Shown one piece after another: positions 18,322 to 27,022 of a stretch of 37,493 bases of DNA. Under the pieces are notes generated by a model. That model saw nothing but the letters and a program-made list of their open reading frames with translations, did not search any database and had not been told where the DNA came from. The stretch is from the sequence record SRR31156797_11137; one strand, 5' to 3'. Position 1 is the stretch's first letter. The number at the start of each line of letters is the position of its first letter. A program made the position numbers and the translations under genes.

Positions 18322-19242
18322 TTAGCTTAAAAACTCTGACAGAGCTTGTTGATTTGGCAGTGCCGTCATCGCGCCTTTTTGTGTTGTGGCTAATGCTCCA
18401 CAGGCGTGTGCGCTCTGAATCGCAGTGCTAATTCGGCTATCTGTGTTCCAGTCTTCAGCGGTTGAAAGGGTGTAAAGCAAACCGCCGACAAACGCATCAC
18501 CCGCACCGGTTGTGTCGATAGGCTTGACGACTTTACCGCTAATGAGCTGCTGAGATTCTGGTGTGATAACCAGTGCACCTTTAGCGCCTTGAGTAATGAT
18601 CACCAGAGGGATATTCAATGGTTTAAGTGCGGCAATACCGCTTTCAATAGAACTTGTTTGGGTTAAATAGGTGAGCTCTTCTTCTGAAAACTTAGCGACA
18701 TCCGCATTAGCTACAGCTTTCATTACCACTTCAATCAGTTCTTCTGGCTGTTGCCAAACTTCCTCTCTCAGATTTGGGTCGAAGCTAAAATAGCCGCCGG
18801 CTTTTTTGATTCGTTCAATCGATTCAAAAGTGCTGCTGCGACTTGGCTCGTTAGCCAGTGCAATAGAGCAGACATGTAACCAATCACCCGTTGAGAAATC
18901 AGGAATATCCTGAGGTTGAAAAAATTGATCGGCACTGGGTTTCACCATAAAGGTAAAACTGCGTTCGCCGTGGTCATCGAGGTCGACCACGACTGTCGAT
19001 GTGCGGTGTTGATCGTCCAGAACCAGATATTGGCAATCTACCTGCTCTTTATTGAGCGTTTGGTGCATGAATTTACCAAACGGGTCGTTGCCCACTCTAC
19101 CAAAGAAAGCGGTATTACCACCTAGGCGTGATATAGCGACGGCAACGTTTGCTGGCGCGCCTCCCGGACATTTTAAGTAGTGATGTTCACCATCAGGAAT
19201 TAAGTCGACTACAGCGTCACCAGTCACCCATACTTTACCCAT
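18322..19242 (-). CDS. scrK: Fructokinase (PfkB family)
   Basis: GDAVVDL, GGAPANVAV, FDPNLR, DTTGAGDAFVGG. Confidence 0.93.
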   Translation of the reverse strand: MGKVWVTGDAVVDLIPDGEHHYLKCPGGAPANVAVAISRLGGNTAFFGRVGNDPFGKFMHQTLNKEQVDCQYLVLDDQHRTSTVVVDLDDHGERSFTFMVKPSADQFFQPQDIPDFSTGDWLHVCSIALANEPSRSSTFESIERIKKAGGYFSFDPNLREEVWQQPEELIEVVMKAVANADVAKFSEEELTYLTQTSSIESGIAALKPLNIPLVIITQGAKGALVITPESQQLISGKVVKPIDTTGAGDAFVGGLLYTLSTAEDWNTDSRISTAIQSAHACGALATTQKGAMTALPNQQALSEFLS

Positions 19243-19280
19243 TGTGCTTCTCCATTTAATTTCAAATTTTTCCCCAAGTA

Positions 19281-19316
19281 TAAATTATTTTCGGTAACGT
19301 TCCCGAAAATAATTTA
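19281..19316. promoter_or_regulatory. Putative ScrR operator (scrK) inside a 36-bp palindrome
   Basis: TAAATTATTTTCGGTAAC|GTTCCCGAAAATAATTTA, one mismatched pair. Confidence 0.8.
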
Positions 19317-19356
19317 AAAGTATGCTGTTGATAACAGAATTGCAGTAAACCAATAC

Positions 19357-19381
19357 AAAAAAGCCGCCCTAGGAGGCGGCT
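19357..19381 (-). terminator. Terminator at the end of the main ape operon
   Basis: AGCCGCC-CTAGGA-GGCGGCT with a T-run on the minus strand. Confidence 0.8.
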
Positions 19382-19399
19382 CAAACGCTTTGGAAGAGA

Positions 19400-20629
19400 T
19401 TAATCTGCGGTGCGTTTAAAGATGATTGAGGTATTGATTCCGCCGAATGCGAAGTTATTGCTCATTAGATACTCAACCTGCATATCGCGGCCAGAGCCTG
19501 TAATGTAGTCTAGATCACCACATTCAGGGTCCAGATTATTTAGATTGAGTGTTGGGCTAAACCAACCAGTGTGCATCATTTCCAAGCTTAACCATGCTTC
19601 TACTGCGCCACATGCGCCTAAGGTATGACCGAAATAGCTTTTTAGAGAGCTGATGGGCACTTTGCCTACCGCTTTCTCTGTTGCGTTACTTTCCGCGATA
19701 TCACCACGGTCGGTGGCTGTACCATGAGCAGAGACGTAACCAATTTTATCTGGTGACAAGTTTGCATCATTCAGTGCCATTTCCATGCAAATCTGCATCG
19801 TTTCAGCTTGCGGTTGGGTGACATGAGCCGCATCGCAGTTGCTGGCGAAGCCAACAATTTCAGCGTAGATTTTTGCGCCACGCGCTTTCGCATGCTCATA
19901 CTCTTCAAGTACTAGCGTGCCTGCACCTTCGCCAATCACCAACCCATCACGATCTTTATCGTATGGACTTGGTGTAGTTTTCGGTGCATCGTTTTTCAGG
20001 CTGGTGGCAAACAACGTATCGAATACCGCCGATTCAGTCGGACAAAGCTCTTCGCCACCGCCAGCCACCATCACAGTTTGATAGCCGTGTTTAATCGCTT
20101 CGTAAGCGTAGCCAATAGCCTGACTGCCGGAAGTACAGGCGCTACTGGTCGGAATGACACGGCCACGTAAACCAAAAAATAAGCCTACATTCACGGCTGT
20201 AGTATGTGGCATCATTTGCACATACGTTGTCGCGGTAATAGCTTTGGTTGTTTTCTCGTTAAGCATCACGCCAAATGCGCCCACAGCGTCAGTACTTCCG
20301 GTTGAAGATCCATAAGCAATACCGGTTTGACCGTTAGTCAGTACTTCGTTACCAATCAGTCCTGCTTGAATCAGCGCGTTTTCTGTTGCCACTGTTGCCA
20401 GTTGCGAAACACGGCCCATACCGCGAACCTGTTTACGCTTGTAGTGTTTAGGCAGCGTAAAGTCGTTAACCGGAGCGGCCAGTTTGGTGTTCAAACCGTC
20501 ATATTGTTCGTATGAAGGCATGTATTGAGTCGCGTTTTCGCAGTTACGCAGTTTAGGCTCGACGGTTTGCCAGTCATTACCGAACGCGGTAACACCAGAC
20601 ATCCCAGTGACGACGACACGACGTCTCAT
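19400..20629 (-). CDS. apeR: Beta-ketoacyl-ACP synthase (FabF-like)
   Basis: Cys-His-His triad: SACTSG, SAHGT, GHTLG; NNFAFGG. Confidence 0.9.
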   Translation of the reverse strand: MRRRVVVTGMSGVTAFGNDWQTVEPKLRNCENATQYMPSYEQYDGLNTKLAAPVNDFTLPKHYKRKQVRGMGRVSQLATVATENALIQAGLIGNEVLTNGQTGIAYGSSTGSTDAVGAFGVMLNEKTTKAITATTYVQMMPHTTAVNVGLFFGLRGRVIPTSSACTSGSQAIGYAYEAIKHGYQTVMVAGGGEELCPTESAVFDTLFATSLKNDAPKTTPSPYDKDRDGLVIGEGAGTLVLEEYEHAKARGAKIYAEIVGFASNCDAAHVTQPQAETMQICMEMALNDANLSPDKIGYVSAHGTATDRGDIAESNATEKAVGKVPISSLKSYFGHTLGACGAVEAWLSLEMMHTGWFSPTLNLNNLDPECGDLDYITGSGRDMQVEYLMSNNFAFGGINTSIIFKRTAD

Positions 20630-21351
20630 ACTAAACCTCCATTTACGGAAATGACCTGACGGGTCACATAGCTCGCAATATCAGACATTAGGTAGCTGAC
20701 CAACCCTGCGACTTCTTCTGGCTCGCCCATACGGCGAAGTGGAACGAGTGGTAGTGCATGCTCTTTAACGTGCTCATCAACCATACCTGTGTCAATCAGG
20801 CCGGGAGCCACACAGTTTACCGTAATTTTGCGTTTCGCCAGCTCTAGAGCCAGTGATTTGGTTGCGCCAATAACGCCCGCTTTCGCAGCACTGTAGTTCG
20901 TTTGGCCTCGGTTACCAGCGATGCCTGAAACAGAAGCCAAAGTGACAATGCGGCCGCCTTTACGCAGTTTCACCATCGGCATCACACAAGGGTGAAGCAC
21001 GTTATAGAAACTGTCTAAGTTAGTATGAATAACGCCATCCCACTCTTCTTCAGTCATTGCTGGAAAAGCGGTATCGCGAGTAATGCCGGCATTGTTCACT
21101 ACACCGTAATAAGCACCGTGTTGTTCAATGTCAGCTTCAAGCTTGTTGCGGCACGCTTCTCGGTTACTGATATCGAATTGAATTAGACGACCGCTACCAC
21201 CGTTTTCTAAGATAGTATCTAATGTTTGTTGAGCTCCGTTTTGGTCACCCATGTAATGTACTGCAACTGTGAAGCCGTCTTTAGCCAGTTGCACAGCAAT
21301 AGCTTTACCTATGCCTTTGCTGGCGCCTGTGACGAGGACTTGTCGGGTCAT
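20626..21351 (-). CDS. apeQ: 3-oxoacyl-ACP reductase (FabG-like SDR)
   Basis: TGASKGIG, NNAG, YSAAK. Confidence 0.9.
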   Translation of the reverse strand: MTRQVLVTGASKGIGKAIAVQLAKDGFTVAVHYMGDQNGAQQTLDTILENGGSGRLIQFDISNREACRNKLEADIEQHGAYYGVVNNAGITRDTAFPAMTEEEWDGVIHTNLDSFYNVLHPCVMPMVKLRKGGRIVTLASVSGIAGNRGQTNYSAAKAGVIGATKSLALELAKRKITVNCVAPGLIDTGMVDEHVKEHALPLVPLRRMGEPEEVAGLVSYLMSDIASYVTRQVISVNGGLV

Positions 21352-21812
21352 ACATGACTCCTAATTTTCATTTCTTGTAATTTTTCTTCTGAGGGAACAT
21401 AGACGTTCAGTTGACACTGGGCGACGATGTTCCCCTGATGTTCAATATGCGCTTTAAACACAGCCATGCCATTATCTTCCATGACCTGCTGCGCAAAAAT
21501 ATCTAACGTTTGACCTTGTGAAAAATGGTCGCATTCGGCTTGGTAGCGGCGGCTACCCAATAAAAAACCAATCGGAGGCTGTTCACCTTTTTTTAGTGCC
21601 TGATAACCAGACCATGCGGCGATAGACTGGGCCATAAATTCAATGCCGACATAAGCGGGGATCGTTTGTGTTTCCTGATCAAAAAACATCAAATGCTTGT
21701 CGATATCAACCTGACTGTGAATGGATGTCTCACCAATTTCTAGTGCACGGTCGACAAGAATCATTGGATTATCATGCGGAAGCAATGTGTCGATTGAAGG
21801 TAATTCAGGCAT
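21348..21812 (-). CDS. apeP: Hotdog-fold 3-hydroxyacyl-ACP dehydratase subunit
   Basis: LPHDNPMILVD, GIEFMAQ, GFLLGSR; start ATG 21812 (or 21824). Confidence 0.85.
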   Translation of the reverse strand: MPELPSIDTLLPHDNPMILVDRALEIGETSIHSQVDIDKHLMFFDQETQTIPAYVGIEFMAQSIAAWSGYQALKKGEQPPIGFLLGSRRYQAECDHFSQGQTLDIFAQQVMEDNGMAVFKAHIEHQGNIVAQCQLNVYVPSEEKLQEMKIRSHV

Positions 21813-22992
21813 GGCTGTATCCAAAAATTAAACTGATGTTGTTGCCGCCAAAAGCAAAGGAGTTGCTCAAAATAGCTTTTTTTCCGAGAGATAGTTCGCT
21901 TTCAACCAGCTGAACTTCAATGTCTTGAGCTTTGTTCTCACAACTCTGCTGTGGCAGAGGAAGTTGATACTTCAGTATATGCCAGGCAATGGCAGCCTCA
22001 GTTGCACTGGCTGATCCCAAAGTATGCCCGGTAAGCGGTTTAGTCGAGCTAACAGGGACTGAATCACCAAAAACGCGATAGATAGCTTTGCTTTCCATGC
22101 TGTCGTTTAGCGGAGTAGCTGTACCGTGAGCATTGATATAGCCAATATCTTGTATCGACATTTTCGCGTCTTCTAAAGCTGCACGCATGGCTTGTTCTGC
22201 GCCGTTACCTTCCGGATGTGGCGCGGATATGTGATGGGCATCGGAGCTGTCCCCCACACCGTATAATGCAATATCACTAGGGGCTTTGCTTAACAGCATA
22301 AATGCAGCAGATTCGCCGATATTGATACCTGAACGTTCAGCGCTAAATGGCCTGCACAACTCGTTTGATAACGCCTCTAAACCGCTGAAACCGTTTAGGG
22401 TTAACCGACAGATACTATCAGCACCGCCAACGATAACGGCGTCTACCAACCCCGCTTTTAACATCCGTTTAGCGCTAATGAAGACACGACCACTGGAAGA
22501 GCAGGCGGTTGAAACCGTATAGCAAGGGCCAGTGATATTAAAATAGTCTGCGACAAAATCGGCTGTATTGCCGAGTTCTTGCTTACGATAGTGGTAATCA
22601 ATAGGGAACTGGCCATGCTTAATTTTTTGTAAATAAGCGGTTTCGCCATCGGAAATGCCGGATGTACTGGTGCCGACAATGACAGCAACTCTATTTGCTC
22701 CGAACTGTTTTACCGCTTCCAGAACCTGAGCTTCTATTTGTTGTAGTGCAGACAGCGCCAGTTGATTATTGCGTGTGTTGTACTCGGATAATGGTTCGGG
22801 AATCTTAGGTAGTGGGCCCTTCACTCGACCAATGACTGTGGAAGTATCGGTATTTAAAATTTCATCATCCGCCAGCATATTATTGCATTGGCCAGATTTT
22901 AAAGCGTGATGAATTTGTGAGTTCTCGCTGCCTAAAGCAGAGTGGAAACCACAAGCATGGATAAACACGGGAAAAGAAGTTGAAGAATTCAT
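21805..22992 (-). CDS. apeO: Beta-ketoacyl-ACP synthase (KS partner of the CLF)
   Basis: TACSSS, NAHGT, GHTLG, SNSFAFGGNN. Confidence 0.88.
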   Translation of the reverse strand: MNSSTSFPVFIHACGFHSALGSENSQIHHALKSGQCNNMLADDEILNTDTSTVIGRVKGPLPKIPEPLSEYNTRNNQLALSALQQIEAQVLEAVKQFGANRVAVIVGTSTSGISDGETAYLQKIKHGQFPIDYHYRKQELGNTADFVADYFNITGPCYTVSTACSSSGRVFISAKRMLKAGLVDAVIVGGADSICRLTLNGFSGLEALSNELCRPFSAERSGINIGESAAFMLLSKAPSDIALYGVGDSSDAHHISAPHPEGNGAEQAMRAALEDAKMSIQDIGYINAHGTATPLNDSMESKAIYRVFGDSVPVSSTKPLTGHTLGSASATEAAIAWHILKYQLPLPQQSCENKAQDIEVQLVESELSLGKKAILSNSFAFGGNNISLIFGYSHA

Positions 22993-23001
22993 CGAAGCTT
23001 T

Positions 23002-23619
23002 CTACTGTGTTGACGTTGTTGATAATTGTTGATGACTCAATGTTTTGATCGTAATTGCGTAGTCAAGCGGGATATTGAGAAACTGGATATCGCCCTCTAG
23101 TGGGGTTTTACCCAAATAGGTGATCTCTAAAACCGCTTGGTCATTACTGTTGTAAACAATCCGTTTGTTCCCTTCATCAACGATAGTCCACCTTACCTTA
23201 TTTAATGGTGCTTCCCAAGCGTTTCGCGGCCAGAGCGTGATCATCAGGTTGAATAGCACTTGTTCCGGCTGGGGTAAGGTGTTTTCGAGACCTGACAACA
23301 CTTGAGTCTCAATGTTCTCACCGTTGTAATCCAGAGACAGGATTCGAGTTCCCCAAGAAGAAAAACCGGCTAGGACAATATGTTGGTTATCAATTTGCAA
23401 TTGAACCGGCAATTGTTGAGCTTGCTTTTGCCCTTGCTCATCTAGCCAGCGCGCTGAGATAAGTTGACTTGCAGTGATAGATTCGCCGAGCTCAATGGGT
23501 TTGGGCAACTCAACCCAAACGTCAGGACTGATTTCCACTTGAGTAGAAGACGTTTGAGGTTGAAGGCTACATGCTGTTAGCAATAGACAAACTAGTAGTG
23601 TCGAAGCTCGTTTGATCAT
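23002..23619 (-). CDS. apeN: DUF3261-type lipoprotein
   Basis: Start moved to ATG 23619 (ATGA overlap with the MMPL stop); lipobox LTAC; position between MMPL and KS. Confidence 0.72.
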   Translation of the reverse strand: MIKRASTLLVCLLLTACSLQPQTSSTQVEISPDVWVELPKPIELGESITASQLISARWLDEQGQKQAQQLPVQLQIDNQHIVLAGFSSWGTRILSLDYNGENIETQVLSGLENTLPQPEQVLFNLMITLWPRNAWEAPLNKVRWTIVDEGNKRIVYNSNDQAVLEITYLGKTPLEGDIQFLNIPLDYAITIKTLSHQQLSTTSTQ

Positions 23620-25973
23620 TGTGAGTTCCTCTTTATTGCTAAAGGAGAGAGTAGCCATGCGATGAATATCCCGCTTAATGTCGTCAAACCAAAACTATGA
23701 ATGGCATGGGTTTGGCTTAGTGATAATAAACCGAAAGAGAGTAGCGTTGTCATGGCTGATAGCGTGATCGCCAGCAGTGTGCTCCGACTTTGGGCTTGCT
23801 CTGCAAAAAACAGGGTATAGTCAATGCCTATGCCAATGACCAATACCAGTGCTAGTAAGTTAAATAGGTTGAGTGTCGAACCGGTCACCACCGTTACCGC
23901 TAACCCGCCAATGCAAGCGATGATACAGGGCATAACGATGCGCACCATGTGTAAAAAGCCATAACGTCTGGTCAGTAACAGCGATATGGTTAGTAGTGCG
24001 ATAGCAACAAGTTCCATAATTTTGGTGCGATATTCACCAAACAATTGGGAGATCTCTTCGGTTTTATCGAGGTAAGAAACGTCGGATTGTTGTGCCGAAT
24101 ATTCTTTGATCGCCTGAGCATTAGCAACGCCTCTCAGCATCACCACAGATACCACTTGTTCATCTATTCTGCCCAGATACAGATGTTGAACCGGTTCGGA
24201 AACACCTTGTTTCAAATACTCTGTCAGTGTTACCGGCGTAAAGTGTTGCTCTAACTTTGGAACCTGAGTCAGTTGAAGTGATTGCGCCAGTGATTCCGCG
24301 TATGTTTGATACAGATTTTCGACTAACGTGAAGTCTTGCTGTTGTCTATTCTCAGAAGCGATGTACTGGTTTAGGCTTTGAAAACCGGAGAGAGTTTGAT
24401 CGTTAACCCAAGATTGCAATCTTGCATCCAGTGTTTCTAATTTGTGCAGCAGGCTTTGATCATCTTTAGCGGTGATGACCAGCATTTGCTGAGAGGATTC
24501 AAGCCCCGATACTTTACTGATCAGTTGTTCCTGTTGCTTGAGGTGGGAAGGTATAGCCTGAAGCTGACGAATATCGTCGTTGTATTCAATCTGAGTTAAA
24601 GCCAGACCACTGCCCAAACAAACCACTGTTGGCAGTATCATTCTTAAAGTTGGCTTCTGCCACAGACTAAGCCAGAACGCCCAAACACTATCAGCAGGAA
24701 GGTTACGATTTGGTGTTGGCTTGCGGGCTAAGAACGGATACCAGGCGACGACTGTCGCATAGGCTCCAATTAGCCCTATAGCAGAGAACAGAGCCAGCTG
24801 TTGCAAGCCGGGAAATGGAGCAATGAGCAATCCTAAGTAACCAATTAAACTGGTAATTAAACCAAGGGTGATAGCAGTGAATATATGCTTTAAACCCGTA
24901 AAACTGTTCCACCTATCCTTGGCTGCCAAACGGTCAGTGAGATAGTGGAAAGCGTAGTCGATAGAGACACCAATTAAACTGGCACCAAACACTAAGCTAA
25001 ACAGGTGAACCTTGCCAAAAATGGCGGTTGTTGTTGCTAACGCGACCAGCAAGCCGACAGTGATAGACAGTAGCGCTAGCAGGAGTGGGGTGACACTTCT
25101 AAACACGACTAAGATAAGAAAAATCACGCCCAACAGCGAAACCACACCAATTGTGCTAATTTCAGATTTGGCACTTTGAGTACCAAATTCGGCATAAAAC
25201 AGAACGCCAGTATGTGCACTGTCCACATCGTAGTTCTGCTTTATCGTTTGTTGTAACTGGCTGATTTGTGGAACCGAATTTTGTGCACTCATACTGTAAG
25301 GTGATTCACTTAAATCGGCGGTGATCAGCACATAGGTTTGATTCTGGTACTGAGTGGTTAAAAAACCTTGATTGATGGTGAACTGAGTAGACAGTTGGTT
25401 GAGATAATTCAGATAATCACGAAATAGCAGAAAAGGGTCGTGCGTCAGTTCTTGCCCAGTCACACCAGAGAACGGGTTATAGATGGATTGCACAACAGAT
25501 TGGATCTGCTTCTCGGGTGTTGTTGTCAGTCTATTACGCTGCTCGGAGGTAAGAAACTGATAGCGATGTTCGAAGTAGTAACGACTCCATGCGTTTTGTT
25601 GTTTCTGGTCGATTTTGCCGGTCACCTGCTTAAAAGAGGGTAGCTGACTTAGAGATTGAGAAAAAAACTCAGATGATTCAAACAGTTGTTTCTCGTTGGG
25701 TGAGGTGAGCACAAATACCACTTTGTCGCTGACGTTCGATGTCACTTTATCAAACGCGGCCTGAGCGATAGGATCCTGCCTGCTTTCAGGCAGTAGCTTC
25801 ATGATATTGGTTTCAATTGGCACGTAGCCAGAAAATCCCCACTGTTTCACCAGTAGAGTTCCGCTTAGTAGCACAATGAACAACCACAGAAACGCTAAGT
25901 TTCTGTGGTTAGCGGTTTGATGCTGGCTACCGGATTGGCCTGACTTAAAAAAGGAACTGAGCTTGTTCAGCAT
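23616..25973 (-). CDS. apeM: MMPL/RND-like exporter
   Basis: Two repeats of periplasmic domain plus TM bundle, with GVSIDYAFH and GIGIDYTLF motifs. Confidence 0.87.
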   Translation of the reverse strand: MLNKLSSFFKSGQSGSQHQTANHRNLAFLWLFIVLLSGTLLVKQWGFSGYVPIETNIMKLLPESRQDPIAQAAFDKVTSNVSDKVVFVLTSPNEKQLFESSEFFSQSLSQLPSFKQVTGKIDQKQQNAWSRYYFEHRYQFLTSEQRNRLTTTPEKQIQSVVQSIYNPFSGVTGQELTHDPFLLFRDYLNYLNQLSTQFTINQGFLTTQYQNQTYVLITADLSESPYSMSAQNSVPQISQLQQTIKQNYDVDSAHTGVLFYAEFGTQSAKSEISTIGVVSLLGVIFLILVVFRSVTPLLLALLSITVGLLVALATTTAIFGKVHLFSLVFGASLIGVSIDYAFHYLTDRLAAKDRWNSFTGLKHIFTAITLGLITSLIGYLGLLIAPFPGLQQLALFSAIGLIGAYATVVAWYPFLARKPTPNRNLPADSVWAFWLSLWQKPTLRMILPTVVCLGSGLALTQIEYNDDIRQLQAIPSHLKQQEQLISKVSGLESSQQMLVITAKDDQSLLHKLETLDARLQSWVNDQTLSGFQSLNQYIASENRQQQDFTLVENLYQTYAESLAQSLQLTQVPKLEQHFTPVTLTEYLKQGVSEPVQHLYLGRIDEQVVSVVMLRGVANAQAIKEYSAQQSDVSYLDKTEEISQLFGEYRTKIMELVAIALLTISLLLTRRYGFLHMVRIVMPCIIACIGGLAVTVVTGSTLNLFNLLALVLVIGIGIDYTLFFAEQAQSRSTLLAITLSAMTTLLSFGLLSLSQTHAIHSFGLTTLSGIFIAWLLSPLAIKRNSQ

Positions 25974-26571
25974 CCGTTAGCGTCTCTGGTTGATGAGTTT
26001 GGTTAGTGAACTCAATTTCTGTTTTATCACCACGCACTTCTTCAAGAGCCAAATAATCAATATCGTCATTTCCCTTTAGGGTAATGGATTTAAATACGGC
26101 ATTTAGCGGCGCTTGCTTGGGTACTAGGGTTAACTGCCACTGCTGTTGAGATGTCCTCAACTGTAACTCAAACTGGGATTGGAGTTGTTGGGTATCACCA
26201 TGAAATACCGACAGGAAAATTTTACTGAAGTAAAACGCCATCGGATTTTCTTGAGCGGTAATGACTTGTGGAGGTTGCTGTGCAAAGGTTTGGCGTAACT
26301 TGTCTTCGGTTAGCACCAAGTTCACTGGAAATGGTGCCACCTGATTCCACAGTAAGCCGTGAGATTTTTCCAACAGAAAATGACCATTAGATGTTAACGG
26401 CTGCTCAAACATTTCAATTTTTCGGCTTTGAGTAAAATCGCCACGAACAATATCGAATTGCTGAAGTTGCGTTTGCAGTGAAGCTAAGTCAGTCACTTGT
26501 GCGAAGCTAGGACTTACTGAGAACAAACTCAAACCAAGCAGTGTAGCAGCGAGTCTAAACATCTTGGTCAT
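25945..26571 (-). CDS. apeL: LolA-like periplasmic carrier protein
   Basis: Signal peptide, GDFTQSR...SNGHF...GLLWNQ, WQLTLVPK; start ATG 26571 overlaps the upstream stop. Confidence 0.82.
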   Translation of the reverse strand: MTKMFRLAATLLGLSLFSVSPSFAQVTDLASLQTQLQQFDIVRGDFTQSRKIEMFEQPLTSNGHFLLEKSHGLLWNQVAPFPVNLVLTEDKLRQTFAQQPPQVITAQENPMAFYFSKIFLSVFHGDTQQLQSQFELQLRTSQQQWQLTLVPKQAPLNAVFKSITLKGNDDIDYLALEEVRGDKTEIEFTNQTHQPETLTDAEQAQFLF

Positions 26572-27014
26572 GACAAGCATTCTCCTGTTTTGTGCCAATG
26601 TTCAATCTTATCGATAAAGATTTTGGGCGAAGCAAAACACATTTCCTGAGTTTCAATACTAACCGCCACCTGAGTGGTATGCGCTTTACACATTCTTTGC
26701 CCAGTTTCAGCATCGTAAATCACATAGTCGATACGCAGACGGTTTTCCCACTCGGTAAGTTTGCCTGTCACTCGAATTTGATGATTAAAAGGAATCGCTT
26801 TAACATATTTCACTCTGGTGTCAATGACGGGCCACATATGACCCGCTTCACTCATTGCGATGTAACCGTAAGCGATTTTATCTAATAACACCCGGCGTGC
26901 TTCTTCGAAGTAGCGAAAATAATTTCCGTGGTAGACCACTCCCATAGGGTCGGCATCCTGAAAAGAGGTGGTTAGCGTTACTTCTGTTTCAAGTGGGTAA
27001 ATGATGCTATCCAT
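26568..27014 (-). CDS. apeK: 4HBT-family acyl-CoA/ACP thioesterase
   Basis: FQDADPMGVVYHGNYFRYFEEAR; start ATG 27014 after AGGA. Confidence 0.87.
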   Translation of the reverse strand: MDSIIYPLETEVTLTTSFQDADPMGVVYHGNYFRYFEEARRVLLDKIAYGYIAMSEAGHMWPVIDTRVKYVKAIPFNHQIRVTGKLTEWENRLRIDYVIYDAETGQRMCKAHTTQVAVSIETQEMCFASPKIFIDKIEHWHKTGECLS

Positions 27015-27022
27015 GTTGATTC

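Noticed and set aside
19400-22992. Reading the KS/KR/DH genes as housekeeping fab genes
   Set aside because: Context (CLF, two ACPs, MMPL, LolA-like, GT2 fusion) identifies a specialised APE-type pathway.
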